Shown one piece after another: positions 18,396-28,413 of a stretch of DNA of 64,000 bases. Both the position numbers and the translations under genes were made by a program. This DNA comes from Acidimicrobiia bacterium (GTDB taxonomy: Bacteria > Actinomycetota > Acidimicrobiia > UBA2766). The notes below the pieces were generated by a model. It was not told the origin of the DNA, searched no databases, and saw only the letters and a program-made list of their open reading frames with translations. The stretch is taken from the NCBI GenBank assembly GCA_046331095.1, contig JAXLRM010000003.1:596001-660000 (forward strand). Reading direction: 5' to 3'. The number at the start of each line of letters is the position of its first letter. Position 1 is the first letter of the stretch.

Positions 18396-19301
18396 TCAGT
18401 AGCCGAGGCGCGAGAGCCGGTCGGCGCGGCGTTGCCAGTCCTTGGAGACCCGCACGCGCAGATGCAGGTACATGCGGCGGCCGAGGAGCGCCTCGGCCTG
18501 CAGGCGTGCTGCCGTTCCGACATCCTTGACGATCGCGCCGCCCTTGCCGACGACCATCCCCTTCTGGGACTCGCGCTCGACGTACACGGTGGCATCCACC
18601 CGGAGGATCTCGTCGGGATCGGGATCGTAAAGACCTTCGATGTCGTCGACCATGACGGCGATCGAGTGCGGCAGCTCCTCGCGCATTCGCAGCAGGTACT
18701 GCTCGCGTACCAACTCGGCGATCAGATGGGACTCGGTCTGGTCGGTGGCCATGTCGTCGGGGAACATCGCCTCACCGGGCGGGAGCCGGGAGCGCAGCTC
18801 GTCGGCGACGACCTCGACACCGTCGCATGCGAGCGCCGACACGGGCACGTACGCATCGAAGTCGCGCAACTCCCGAGCCGCCGACAACTGCTCGGCGATG
18901 CGCGCCGGGCCGATGGCATCGATCTTGTTCAGGACGCACACAGCCGCGGCATCGGCGGGTAGTCGTGCGGCGAGGTGGGCGTCGCCGATGCCGATCCCCG
19001 CGGCGGCGTCGACGACGAAGCAAACCACGTCGACCTCGCCCATCATGCGAGTCGCGAGGTCGTTGAGGCGCTCCCCGAGGAGGGTCTGCGGCTTGCCGAC
19101 CCCCGGGAGGTCGACGAGGACCATCTGGACCCCATCGCCGTTGACGACTGCCCGCACGGCGGTCCGCGTCGTCTGGGCCACATGGCTCACGATCGAGACC
19201 TTCTCACCGACGAGGGCGTTCACGAGTGTGGACTTGCCGACATTGGGGCGGCCGATCAGGGCCACGAACCCGAAGACCGCCTCGGCGTCCGGTGCCGTCA
19301 C
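18396..19301 (-). CDS. era: GTPase Era
   Basis: 301 aa. G1 [11 protein letters not shown]3 DLPG, G4 NKID, and a C-terminal KH domain. 4-nt overlap with the upstream gene. Confidence 0.95.
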   Translation of the reverse strand: MTAPDAEAVFGFVALIGRPNVGKSTLVNALVGEKVSIVSHVAQTTRTAVRAVVNGDGVQMVLVDLPGVGKPQTLLGERLNDLATRMMGEVDVVCFVVDAAAGIGIGDAHLAARLPADAAAVCVLNKIDAIGPARIAEQLSAARELRDFDAYVPVSALACDGVEVVADELRSRLPPGEAMFPDDMATDQTESHLIAELVREQYLLRMREELPHSIAVMVDDIEGLYDPDPDEILRVDATVYVERESQKGMVVGKGGAIVKDVGTAARLQAEALLGRRMYLHLRVRVSKDWQRRADRLSRLGY

Positions 19302-20656
19302 GACTGCTCGCCGGACGCCGCGGCACCTCGGCTTCCACCGCTCCCCCCACCGTCGCCCGTGTCGTCCGTCTCCGGAGGAACGAGGTTCAGGACCTCGACC
19401 TTCTCGACGCGGTGGCCTGCGACGCGCAGGGCCCGCAACACGAGACGACCGCAGGTGGTCGTCACCTCCTCGCCCACCCGCGGGATGCGCCCGAGGAGCG
19501 AGAGCATGGCGCCACCGACGGTGTCGGCGTCCTCGACGTCGACGTCGAAGCCGACGTGGCGCCCGAGGTCCGACAGAGACAGCCGTCCCGCCACGCGGAG
19601 GCGGCCGCCCTCGAGGTCTTCGACGAGATCCTCGTCGCTGTCGAACTCGTCGGCGATCTCCCCGACGAGCTCCTCGAGGAGGTCCTCGAGCGTCACGAGG
19701 CCCGCCGTCCCGCCGTACTCGTCGATCACGATCGCCATGTGGAACTTGTCGCGCTGCATCTCGGCGAGGAGCTCGGCGGAACGCTTCTGCTCGGGGACGA
19801 AGTGGGCCTCGCGGGCGACGTCGCCGACACGTATGTCACCGTCGACGTCGCGAGCGAGAAGGTCCTTCACGTAGAGGAGCCCCTTGATGTCGTCCAGGCC
19901 ACGCTCGCCGTAGGTCGGGATGCGGCTGTACCCCTGTGCCGCGGCCGCCACGAGTGCATCCGCGACCGTGTCTCCGGCGGCAAGGCAGAACATGTCCGGC
20001 CGGGGCCGCATCACCTCGCGCACGACCGTGTCACCGAAGTGGAAGACCGAGTCGAGCAGCTTGGCCTCGCCCACCTCGATGACGTCGCCACCGGCGCGGT
20101 CGATGATCTCGCGCAGTTCACGCTCGGACGCCGGTGAGTCGTCGTCGGGACGGCTGCGCAGGACCAGGCCGACCGCTGAGTTGACCGCCACCGCCACGGG
20201 CCTGAGCACGAACACGACGGGTGCGGCGAACGCTGCCGCGATGCCGGCACCTGACTCGGCGCCGCGGCTCACGAGGGCGACGGCGATTCGCTGCAAAGTG
20301 AATGCCACGAGGACGACTCCGATCCCGACACCGACCCGTGCCAGGCGTGCGAGGTCGTCGACGGTCGCGCTCACGGCGAAGACGGCGGCAACGACGGCCA
20401 CGATCCCGGCGAGCGAGAGGGACGCGCGGGTTGCCACGAGGTCGTCGAGGCGGCGCCGGAGGCGACGCGCCGACCGATTCCCCTCGGCGACGAGCTCCTC
20501 GGTGCGGGTCCGCGACGCCTTGGTGATGACCGTCTCCGCGGCCGCGCACGCTGCCGCGAAGACGAGCAGCACGAGCGCGAGGACGATCGCGCCCACGTAC
20601 GCCGACGTGACAGCCAGGATGGCGCCCGTATGCGGAGGCTCGTCGAGCAGGCTCAC
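19298..20656 (-). CDS. CNNM/HlyC-CorC family protein (DUF21 TM domain + CBS pair + CorC_HlyC)
   Basis: 452 aa. Hydrophobic N-terminal third; a CBS-pair region (VMRPRPDMF...[29 protein letters not shown]); C-terminal transporter-associated domain. Confidence 0.85.
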   Translation of the reverse strand: MSLLDEPPHTGAILAVTSAYVGAIVLALVLLVFAAACAAAETVITKASRTRTEELVAEGNRSARRLRRRLDDLVATRASLSLAGIVAVVAAVFAVSATVDDLARLARVGVGIGVVLVAFTLQRIAVALVSRGAESGAGIAAAFAAPVVFVLRPVAVAVNSAVGLVLRSRPDDDSPASERELREIIDRAGGDVIEVGEAKLLDSVFHFGDTVVREVMRPRPDMFCLAAGDTVADALVAAAAQGYSRIPTYGERGLDDIKGLLYVKDLLARDVDGDIRVGDVAREAHFVPEQKRSAELLAEMQRDKFHMAIVIDEYGGTAGLVTLEDLLEELVGEIADEFDSDEDLVEDLEGGRLRVAGRLSLSDLGRHVGFDVDVEDADTVGGAMLSLLGRIPRVGEEVTTTCGRLVLRALRVAGHRVEKVEVLNLVPPETDDTGDGGGSGGSRGAAASGEQS

Positions 20657-21138
20657 TTGGGACTGCCAGCCCGGCGAGTAGCGAAGCGGGCGAGGAGCCT
20701 GCGTTCTCTACCCTCCATCCGCTCGGCGTCGGCGTCGCTGTTGTGGTCGTAGCCGAGCAGGTGCAGCAGGCCGTGCACCACGAGCAGGTCGATCTCGCCC
20801 TCGAAGGTGCCGGCATGAGACGGGGCGTTGCGCCGCGCTACGCCGGGGCAGAGGACCACGTCACCGAGCAGCACCGGTGCGTCTGCGCCGCTGTCGTCCG
20901 ACGCGACCTGCCAAGGCGCGTCCTCGATCGGGAACGCGAGGACGTCGGTCGGCCCGGCACGCTTGAGGAAGCGCGAGTTCAGGTCCGCGATCGTGGGCTC
21001 GTCGACGGCGAGGATCGACACCTCTGCACGATCGGTCACGGACTCGGCGTCGAGTACGAAACCGGCGAGCGCCGCGATGCGAGCGCCGTCGACGGTCTCG
21101 GTGTTCTGCTCGTCGGCGAAGAAGACCTCGGCCATCAC
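20653..21138 (-). CDS. ybeY: rRNA maturation endoribonuclease YbeY
   Basis: 161 aa. Zinc motif HGLLHLLGYDH. Confidence 0.95.
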   Translation of the reverse strand: MMAEVFFADEQNTETVDGARIAALAGFVLDAESVTDRAEVSILAVDEPTIADLNSRFLKRAGPTDVLAFPIEDAPWQVASDDSGADAPVLLGDVVLCPGVARRNAPSHAGTFEGEIDLLVVHGLLHLLGYDHNSDADAERMEGRERRLLARFATRRAGSPK

Positions 21139-22091
21139 TTCACCCGGCGCACGGCCTTGGCGGGACCGTTCCGCTTCGAGCCCGTGTGCTCCTCGTGACG
21201 CTTGTAGGCGTCGACGATCTCGGCGACGATACGGTGACGGATCACGTCGTCGCGGGTCAGTTCGACGTAGGACACACCCTCGATCTCGAAGATCTCTCGT
21301 GGCACGTCCCGCAGACCCGACGTCGAGCTGCCCGGCAGGTCGACCTGGGTGACGTCACCGGTGACGACGGCCTTGGACCCGAAGCCGAGGCGGGTGAGGA
21401 ACATCTTCATCTGTTCGGGTGATGTGTTCTGCGCCTCGTCGAGGATCACGAAGCTGTCGTTGAGCGTCCGGCCGCGCATGTAGGCAAGCGGTGCGACCTC
21501 GACCGTGCCCCGTTCCATAAGGCGTCCGGCCTGTTCGGGGCCGACCATGTCGTAGAGGGCGTCGTAGAGCGGACGCAGGTAGGGGTCGACCTTGGCGAGG
21601 AGGTCGCCGGGCAGGAACCCGAGCTTCTCGCCGGCTTCGACCGCGGGGCGGGTGAGGATGATGCGCTGTACGCGCCGCTCCTGCAAGGCGCGGATCGCGG
21701 CGGCCATGGCGAGGTAGGTCTTGCCGGTGCCGGCCGGGCCGATCGCGAACGTGACCGTGCTCACCTCGATGGCGTCGCTGTAGGTCTTCTGGCCGAGGGA
21801 CTTGGGGCGCACCGTCTTGTTGGGCGCGACGACGACCTCGTGGGTGAGCACCGCCGCCGGGGCGGCACCGGCCTTGACCATCGCGATCGTGCGGTCGAGC
21901 ACGGCGGTGTCGACACGCTGGCCCCGCTCGAGCAACTCGACGAGGTTCTCGAACAGGACCTCGACCTGGCGTGCGACCTCGGAGGATCCCCTCACCGTGA
22001 TCTCGTTGCCGCGCACGAGGATGTAGGCCTCGAAGCGGTCCTCGATCTTCCGCAGCAACTCGTCGTTCTGCCCGCACAAAGCGACCATCAA
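21135..22091 (-). CDS. phoH: PhoH-like ATPase
   Basis: 318 aa. Walker A GPAGTGKTYLAMA; Walker B-like FVILDEAQN. Standard phoH-ybeY synteny. Confidence 0.9.
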   Translation of the reverse strand: MMVALCGQNDELLRKIEDRFEAYILVRGNEITVRGSSEVARQVEVLFENLVELLERGQRVDTAVLDRTIAMVKAGAAPAAVLTHEVVVAPNKTVRPKSLGQKTYSDAIEVSTVTFAIGPAGTGKTYLAMAAAIRALQERRVQRIILTRPAVEAGEKLGFLPGDLLAKVDPYLRPLYDALYDMVGPEQAGRLMERGTVEVAPLAYMRGRTLNDSFVILDEAQNTSPEQMKMFLTRLGFGSKAVVTGDVTQVDLPGSSTSGLRDVPREIFEIEGVSYVELTRDDVIRHRIVAEIVDAYKRHEEHTGSKRNGPAKAVRRVK

Positions 22092-22222
22092 GTCGTTCGA
22101 CGGGACGAGGATCTTCAGTGTGTCGGTGGCGGTCTCAGCCAGTGCCGTCTCACCCCTCGCGGGCGTCCGGAAGTTCCGGAGGTGCGGTGTGGATGGGGAC
22201 AGTCTACGTCACGTCGACCGCG

Positions 22223-22567
22223 TCAGCCGGGGGGCCAGCCCATCTGGCGTCCCCCCACGAGATGGAGGTGGAGATGGTGAACGGTCTGACCGGCGTGGTC
22301 ACCTACGTTGGTCACGATGCGGAAGCCGTCGTCCGCGATCCCACGTGCACGTGCGTGCCCGGCAGCCGCACGGAAGAGCTCGACGAGCACCGAGGCGTGG
22401 GACTCGGTGACGTCCGCCGCCGACTCGACGTGCTCCCGCGGGATGAACAGGACGTGGACGGGTGCCTGGGGGTTGATGTCCTCGAAGCCGACCGCTGTCT
22501 CGGTCTCGTACACCTTGTTCGCCGGGATCGTCCCGGCGGCGATGTCGCAGAACAGGCAGTCACTCAC
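22223..22567 (-). CDS. HIT-family (histidine triad) nucleotide hydrolase
   Basis: 114 aa. The histidine triad is HLHLHLVGG. Confidence 0.9.
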   Translation of the reverse strand: MSDCLFCDIAAGTIPANKVYETETAVGFEDINPQAPVHVLFIPREHVESAADVTESHASVLVELFRAAAGHARARGIADDGFRIVTNVGDHAGQTVHHLHLHLVGGRQMGWPPG

Positions 22568-22756
22568 GCCCTCACCTCGTCTCGCTCGCGGATCCCGGCA
22601 GCGTAGAGGCTCATCTTGCCGGGGCTACGCAGCGATAGCGGCACACCACCACACTGCGGTAAAGGCGCGGTGAAGCCGCTGGCCAGACGTCAGAGGTTGA
22701 TGCGCGATGCTCGGACCTGCAAGATGTAGCCGCTGCTGGAGGGGAAGCAGGAGCCC

Positions 22757-25687
22757 ATGGAGACGGCTGCCGAGGTTCGTGTCCTGGGTACGACGCGGCT
22801 GCTGGTGGACGCACGCGCCGTGCACCTCTCGCCCAAGGAGCGCAGGCTCGTGGCGACGCTGGCCTTGCACAAGCCTGAGGCCGTGAGTGCCGATCGCCTC
22901 ATCGTGGCGATCTGGGGGGAGTCGGCACCACCTACGGTTCGCAAGGCCCTGCAGACCTACGTAGCAAGCGTGCGCAAGGCTCTCGGTCCCGGCATCGAGA
23001 CGACCGCCTCCGGCTACCGGCTCAGTGCGGACGTCAAGATCGACACCGAGTGGTTCGAGTCCGAAGCCGACGCCGCAAGGCGCGTCCTCTCGACCCGGCC
23101 GGGCTCGGCTGTCGCGCACGCGCGACGTGCCTTGGCGCTCATGTCGGGGGTTCCCCTCGCCGATCTCGTCGACAGCCCCGAGGCCGACGCGTCCCGCTCG
23201 CGCTTGGTGGAACGCATCTCCGAGGTGGGAGAGGTGTGCGCGGAAGCGGTCCTCCGCTCGGGTGACCACACGTCGGCCGTGTCGCTCATGGAGGAGGGCG
23301 TCGTCGCCGAGCCCTACCGCGAGCATCGCTGGTGGCTGCTGATGCTTGCGCTCTACCGCAGCGCACGGCGCGCCGAGAGCCTGCGAGCCTACGAGCGCGC
23401 CCGTAAGGTCCTCGCCGAAGGGGCCGGCCTCGACGTCGGCGACCGCCTCCACGACCTCGAGGCGATGGTCCTCGCAGACGATTCTGCGCTCCTGGACGAC
23501 GCGATCTTCCCGTCGGGGTCGATGGCTCTCGCGCTGGTCGGCGCACAGGACGACCTGCCCTCGTACGACACGTCGTTCCTCGGCCGCGACGCCGATGTGG
23601 ACGCCGTGCTCGGCCTCCTGGCGGGCGACTGCGCGGTGGGCTCGATCGTGGGGGTCGCTGGGGTCGGCAAGTCGCGCCTCGCTGTCGAGGCGGCCAGGCG
23701 CGTCGCTGCCGAGTACGAGGGCGGCACGTGGTGGGTGTCGCTGTCGCGTCTCCCGCCCGGGGCCGATGTCGCCCCGCTCGTCTTCAAGACACTCGGCATC
23801 TCGCCGCAGGTGGGCGAGAACCACGCCGGCGCCCTCGCCGATTGGCTCGCGAGCCGGCGAGCGCTGTTGATCCTCGACACCTGCGAGCATGTCCTCGACT
23901 CCGCCCGCGCGCTCCTCGCCGACGTCGACAGCGCAACGCTGGGGAGGGTGCTGGTCACGAGCCGGCGCCGGCTCGGACTCGGACTCGGATCCGTGTGCCA
24001 CCTGCGCCCCCTCCGGGTCGCACCCCTGGAAGGGGTGTCCGTAGCCGGCGACCTCTTCCTGGAACGCATGGGCGCCGCCGAGGGCGCGACCCCGGACCAG
24101 ATGGCGGCGGTCACGGCGATCTGCAGCACGCTCGACGGCGTTCCCCTGGCGATCGAGCTCGCAGCGAGCCGGGCACGTTCGGTGCCGATAGGGGAACTCG
24201 TGCAACGGGTGCACAGCCTCGACCGGGTCCTGCGCGACACCGCTGCGACGACGCGCCGACACTCGTCGCTGCACGAGGCCCTGCAATGGTCCATAGACCT
24301 CCTGTCGCCGGAGACCCGCCGCGTGCTCGACCGCATGTCGGTGTTCCAGGGCGGAGCGACGCTCGACACGGTCTTGGCGCTCTGTTCGGACGAGTTCGAC
24401 CAGTGGACCGTGGTCGACGCCCTCGACGAGCTCGTCGAGGCGAGCCTGCTCGATCTCGATCCCTTCGACGAGAGTGGCCGTTACCGAATGCTCGACACCG
24501 TCAAGGCGCATGCCGCCAAGCGGCTCTCCGACAGCGGCGAGGCCGGCGAGAGCCTGTCGCACCTCGCCGACCACATGGTCGCCCTCGCCGGCGAGGCCAT
24601 GGTTGGGGTGCGCAGCCCCGACGAGGCGCACTGGGTCGGCGTGATCTCCGCCGAGCTCGCGAACATCCGCACCGCGCACGACCACTTGCTCGCGGTCGGG
24701 GACCTGGACCGCCAGGTCCGCCTGGTCGCGCCGCTGATCAACTTCGGGATCGTGCAGGCGTTCGACGAGATCCTGGCAATGGCCAGGCGGACCGCCGAGG
24801 CCGCCGGCACGGTCCCCGTCCCCGGGCTCGCGCGCATCGGCACGATGGCGGCCTGGCTCGCCCTGCGGGCACTGGACCACGACGCCACCGCACGCTTCCT
24901 CGCGCTCGCACGAACCTCGGCAGGCGAGGACCCTGCCGCGGACGCCGAGGCGCTCCAGGTTGCCGCTGTGGCGGCGTACTTCTCGGGCGACTTCGTCGCA
25001 GGCAAGGCCTTCAACGACGCGGGTGCCGCAACCGCCCGCGCCGGAGGGGATGCCCACGGCGAGGCGATGAACCTCGGTCTCGTCGTGCAGATGCAGGGCC
25101 TGAACGGCAATCCCCGCGGCTGGCACGAGATCGCCGACCACGTCCTGGCGCTGTCGGAATCCGTCGGATCGCCGAGCATGCTCGCCTGGGGCTACTACAC
25201 ATGGGGGCTGTCACGTCAGCCCGACGACGCGGCCCTCGCGCTCGCTTGGTTCGAGCGTTCCATCCGCGAGGCGGACTCCGTCAGAGCGTTGTTCTACGGA
25301 GACCTCACACGCCGGTCCCTGGGACAGCTCCTCGAGGGCCTCGACACGGCCAGTGCCTTGCGCGTCGGGGTTCGCACGTTGGCGTCCCAGCTCGACGCGG
25401 GCGAGCAGTTCCAGCTCGGCATCTCGCTGCCCTGGTTCGTGACCCTGCTCGCCAGGCTTCACCTGTACGAGGCTGCGCTCGTGTTCGACGAGGCCACCTA
25501 CACGCTCGGCAACCGCGTCGCGCACGCGTACAACGCAGAGGGACGGCGCAAGGCGCGTACGACATGCGCGGAACACCTGGCGGCGGAGCACGTCGAGATG
25601 GCGCGTCTGCGTGGGCGCACGATCACGGCGCCGGGCCTCCTTGCCTACGCCGAGTCGTTGCTGGCCTCGCTCGACGCGACCTCGTAG
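22757..25687 (+). CDS. SARP/AfsR-type regulator: OmpR-like wHTH + BTAD + NB-ARC (STAND) ATPase + TPR-like C-terminus
   Basis: 976 aa. The wHTH/BTAD N-terminus is VRVLGTTRLLVDARAVHLSPKERRLVATLAL...YRLSADVKIDTEWFE...REHRWWLLMLALYRSARRAESLRAYERARKVL. Walker A GVAGVGKSRL; Walker B ALLILDTCEHV; helical-repeat C-terminal half. GGAGG precedes the ATG. Confidence 0.8.
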   Translation: METAAEVRVLGTTRLLVDARAVHLSPKERRLVATLALHKPEAVSADRLIVAIWGESAPPTVRKALQTYVASVRKALGPGIETTASGYRLSADVKIDTEWFESEADAARRVLSTRPGSAVAHARRALALMSGVPLADLVDSPEADASRSRLVERISEVGEVCAEAVLRSGDHTSAVSLMEEGVVAEPYREHRWWLLMLALYRSARRAESLRAYERARKVLAEGAGLDVGDRLHDLEAMVLADDSALLDDAIFPSGSMALALVGAQDDLPSYDTSFLGRDADVDAVLGLLAGDCAVGSIVGVAGVGKSRLAVEAARRVAAEYEGGTWWVSLSRLPPGADVAPLVFKTLGISPQVGENHAGALADWLASRRALLILDTCEHVLDSARALLADVDSATLGRVLVTSRRRLGLGLGSVCHLRPLRVAPLEGVSVAGDLFLERMGAAEGATPDQMAAVTAICSTLDGVPLAIELAASRARSVPIGELVQRVHSLDRVLRDTAATTRRHSSLHEALQWSIDLLSPETRRVLDRMSVFQGGATLDTVLALCSDEFDQWTVVDALDELVEASLLDLDPFDESGRYRMLDTVKAHAAKRLSDSGEAGESLSHLADHMVALAGEAMVGVRSPDEAHWVGVISAELANIRTAHDHLLAVGDLDRQVRLVAPLINFGIVQAFDEILAMARRTAEAAGTVPVPGLARIGTMAAWLALRALDHDATARFLALARTSAGEDPAADAEALQVAAVAAYFSGDFVAGKAFNDAGAATARAGGDAHGEAMNLGLVVQMQGLNGNPRGWHEIADHVLALSESVGSPSMLAWGYYTWGLSRQPDDAALALAWFERSIREADSVRALFYGDLTRRSLGQLLEGLDTASALRVGVRTLASQLDAGEQFQLGISLPWFVTLLARLHLYEAALVFDEATYTLGNRVAHAYNAEGRRKARTTCAEHLAAEHVEMARLRGRTITAPGLLAYAESLLASLDATS

Positions 25688-27111
25688 TCCCCGGCGGTTG
25701 GAGTTTCCGGCGGCCACATGGGGGCGCCGGAGACTCCAAGGTGGCCGTCCTGGTCGCGAGACGCCCCGAGTGCCGAGAGCGGCGCTCCGGTGCCCCATCT
25801 CACCCCCCCGGTCACACCCGCTGTCGATGCCGATTCGACGGCAACGGCGACGACCTCGCCGACGAGGCCTGCCGGACCTGCCGTGGTCACCTTCAGGTAG
25901 TTGCCGGCCGTGCCCGTGAGGGTGGGCCGGACGTGGCTCCGATCCACGCCCCGGTCGCGTTCGGCCTGTTCGATCATCACGTAGAGCTCGCGGCCCACGA
26001 AGCGCGCGCCGAAGGCGGCGGTGAGTCCGTCGCCGATGCGGCGCAAGCGCGCCGACCGGTCCTTCTTGACGTCCTCGGGCACCTGACCGGCACGCCCTGC
26101 AGCCGCCGTGCCCGGGCGTGGTGAGTAACGGAACACGTGCAGCTTGGTGAACCCGATCCGCTCGACGAACTCGGCGGTCGCGGCGAAGTTGGTCTCCGAC
26201 TCGCCCGGGAAGCCGACGAGTACGTCGGTCGTGAGACCCGCATCCGCACCGAGCACATCCCGGGCCCGTCGGGCCACCGCCGCGTACTGCGCCGTGGTGT
26301 AGGGCCGGCCCATCGCGGCGAGGGTCGTGTCGCAACCCGACTGCAGCGGGATGTGCAGGTGCGGGCACACCCGCGCGTCGTCCATGGCGGCCAGCAGCTC
26401 GTCGTCGACCCAGCCGCACTCGATCGACGACAGCCGCAGCCACCGAAGGCCGTCGACCTCGGCGAGGACGCGCCGAACGAGTCCGGCGAGTCGGGGTCTC
26501 CCGTCGGTGTCGAGGCCGTACTTGCCGAGGTGCACGCCGGTGAGGGTGACCTCGGCGGCACCGGCGGCGACCTGTGCACGGACGCCGTCCACGACCACGT
26601 CGCCGGAGCGGCTCGAGAGGACACCTCGCGTCTGAGGGATGATGCAGAAGGTGCAGGCCTCGTCGCATCCTGTCTGGACCTTGAACGCCTGCCGCACCAC
26701 CGCGCCGCCTCCCTCGGCACTCTCGGTCACCGTGTGGGCCAGCCCGCCGAGGCCGGACACCGTCGCGGCGAGGTGGTCCTTGTCCTTGTTGGCGACGACG
26801 GCGACCACCCCGGGCAGCTCCTCGCACAACTCGGGGGCAGCGACGGCGTAGCAGCCCGTCACCACGACGCGGGCCCCCGAGTCCGCCGCGCGACGCACGA
26901 GCTTGCGCGACGACTTGGACGCGTCGCTGGTGACGGTGCACGTGTTGACCACGACGACGTCGTCGGGACCGGCGCCGCGGCCCGGCAGCCCACCGGCGGC
27001 GACGTGCACGTCCGCACGGCGCAGGGCGCGCAGGGTCTCTTCGGACTCGGCCTGGTTGAGCCGGCAACCCAGTGTGAGCAGGTGAACCCTGCCGCCGGAG
27101 CGTCCCGTCAC
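25645..27111 (-). CDS. mtaB: Radical-SAM methylthiotransferase, MiaB/MtaB family
   Basis: 488 aa. N-terminal UPF0004 domain (VHLLTLGCRLNQAESEE); radical-SAM CDEACTFC; TRAM-like C-terminus. The 3-prime end overlaps the convergent SARP gene by 43 nt. Confidence 0.85.
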   Translation of the reverse strand: MTGRSGGRVHLLTLGCRLNQAESEETLRALRRADVHVAAGGLPGRGAGPDDVVVVNTCTVTSDASKSSRKLVRRAADSGARVVVTGCYAVAAPELCEELPGVVAVVANKDKDHLAATVSGLGGLAHTVTESAEGGGAVVRQAFKVQTGCDEACTFCIIPQTRGVLSSRSGDVVVDGVRAQVAAGAAEVTLTGVHLGKYGLDTDGRPRLAGLVRRVLAEVDGLRWLRLSSIECGWVDDELLAAMDDARVCPHLHIPLQSGCDTTLAAMGRPYTTAQYAAVARRARDVLGADAGLTTDVLVGFPGESETNFAATAEFVERIGFTKLHVFRYSPRPGTAAAGRAGQVPEDVKKDRSARLRRIGDGLTAAFGARFVGRELYVMIEQAERDRGVDRSHVRPTLTGTAGNYLKVTTAGPAGLVGEVVAVAVESASTAGVTGGVRWGTGAPLSALGASRDQDGHLGVSGAPMWPPETPTAGDYEVASSEASNDSA

Positions 27112-27593
27112 AGGCTCAGAGGCTGGTGCACCACCCCGAGGTGTTCGAGCCGCTCCTCGAGATCGTCAGGGGTCATCTCGAACAGGCACGAGAGCGCACG
27201 CAGGTCGTCTCTCCTGATAGTGAGGACCTTGCCGTTGAAGTCCTGACGCTGTACCTGGATCATCGAAACGTATCGACGCACGGGCTCGTACTCGGTCTCG
27301 TCGAGCTCGTGGAGGCGCGTGAGGTCGAGGGCCACCCCGCCCTGAGTCGGGATCGCGGAGCGCCGCATGCCCGCCTCGGCGGGGAGGAGCTGCTCGGCGG
27401 GGACCTCGTAGAAGATCGCGAGTTTCTGCAGGCGCGGGACCGAGATCGAACGCTCGCCCCGCTCGTACGCGCCGAGGACGGACGCCTTGAACTGGTGCGT
27501 GGACATCATCTCGACGTCTTGGAGCGAGAGGCCCTTCTGCTTCCGGATGTTCCGGAGCCGTTCTCCCACCCGCTGCGCATACGTGAGAGTCAC
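27108..27593 (-). CDS. XRE-family helix-turn-helix regulator with uncharacterised C-terminal domain
   Basis: 161 aa. HTH: GERLRNIRKQKGLSLQDVEMMSTHQFKASVLGAYERGERSISVPRLQKLAIFY. 4-nt overlap with the mtaB start. Confidence 0.7.
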   Translation of the reverse strand: MTLTYAQRVGERLRNIRKQKGLSLQDVEMMSTHQFKASVLGAYERGERSISVPRLQKLAIFYEVPAEQLLPAEAGMRRSAIPTQGGVALDLTRLHELDETEYEPVRRYVSMIQVQRQDFNGKVLTIRRDDLRALSCLFEMTPDDLEERLEHLGVVHQPLSL

Positions 27594-27699
27594 CGACGAA
27601 CCTCCCTGCCTCGCCGCCGGGGACCCAGCGCCGGGCCCACCAAATCTTCACGGATAGTGGCGCGCCGGGCACGGTAGTGACAACTTCGACGTGGCGGTC

Positions 27700-28413
27700 C
27701 TACCCGTCAGAGGTCTTCGACCTGCGCTCCTGCGGATCCTGCGCGTCGAGGCCACCGGATGCGGCGACGGCGAGCGCGGCTGCGACCACGGCGGCGGTCT
27801 CGGTCCGCAGCACGCGCGGGCCGAGGCCACAGACGGTCCAACCCGCATCGAAGGCCGCCTCGATCTCGGGTTCGGTGAAGCCTCCCTCGGGGCCTACGGC
27901 GATGTGGCTTGGCTGCAGCCGCATCACCAGCGTGGCACCACCGCGGGCACCGGGGTGCAATACGACGCCCTTGGCGGCTCGCAGTGCCGTCGTGAGATCG
28001 ACCGGTTCGCACACCTCGGGAAGCCACCTGCCGCGGCTCTGCTCGACAGCCGAGCGTGCGATGGCGTCCCAGCGCCGGAGTTTCGCCTCGCGCTGCTCAC
28101 CGCGAGAACACACGAGCGGCCGGATCGACGCCACGCCGAGCTCGGTCGCCTTCTCGACTACGAGGTCGAAGCGGGAGCCCTTGCCGATCGCGGCCCAGAG
28201 AACGACCCGCGGCGGCTCGGGCTTGGTCGACCACGTCCCCACCTCCAGTCCACCCGGTGTGAGCACGGCATCGGCTGCACCGCCCCTGCCGTCTGTGACG
28301 GAGACGCACGCCCCGTCGCGCAGGCGCAGGACCCGCCGGAGGTGACGGTCGACCGCGGGCGCCAGGGTGATCGACGGTCCGCGGGCGTCGACCACGACGT
28401 GGGGCACCCGCAT
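27700..28413 (-). CDS. rsmE: 16S rRNA (uracil1498-N3)-methyltransferase RsmE
   Basis: 237 aa. Features: PHVVVD...LRRVLRLRDG N-terminus (PUA-like), GPEGGFTEPE motif. Position after dnaJ as in Gram-positives. Confidence 0.85.
   Translation of the reverse strand: MRVPHVVVDARGPSITLAPAVDRHLRRVLRLRDGACVSVTDGRGGAADAVLTPGGLEVGTWSTKPEPPRVVLWAAIGKGSRFDLVVEKATELGVASIRPLVCSRGEQREAKLRRWDAIARSAVEQSRGRWLPEVCEPVDLTTALRAAKGVVLHPGARGGATLVMRLQPSHIAVGPEGGFTEPEIEAAFDAGWTVCGLGPRVLRTETAAVVAAALAVAASGGLDAQDPQERRSKTSDG

Noticed and set aside
22625-25141. 838-aa minus-strand ORF (and 23728..26124, 25211..27067, 23389..24369) overlapping the SARP gene and mtaB
   Set aside because: These are shadow ORFs typical of high-GC DNA. 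The translations are Arg/Pro/Gly/Ala-rich with no motifs, whereas the opposite or alternate frame carries clear domain signatures.
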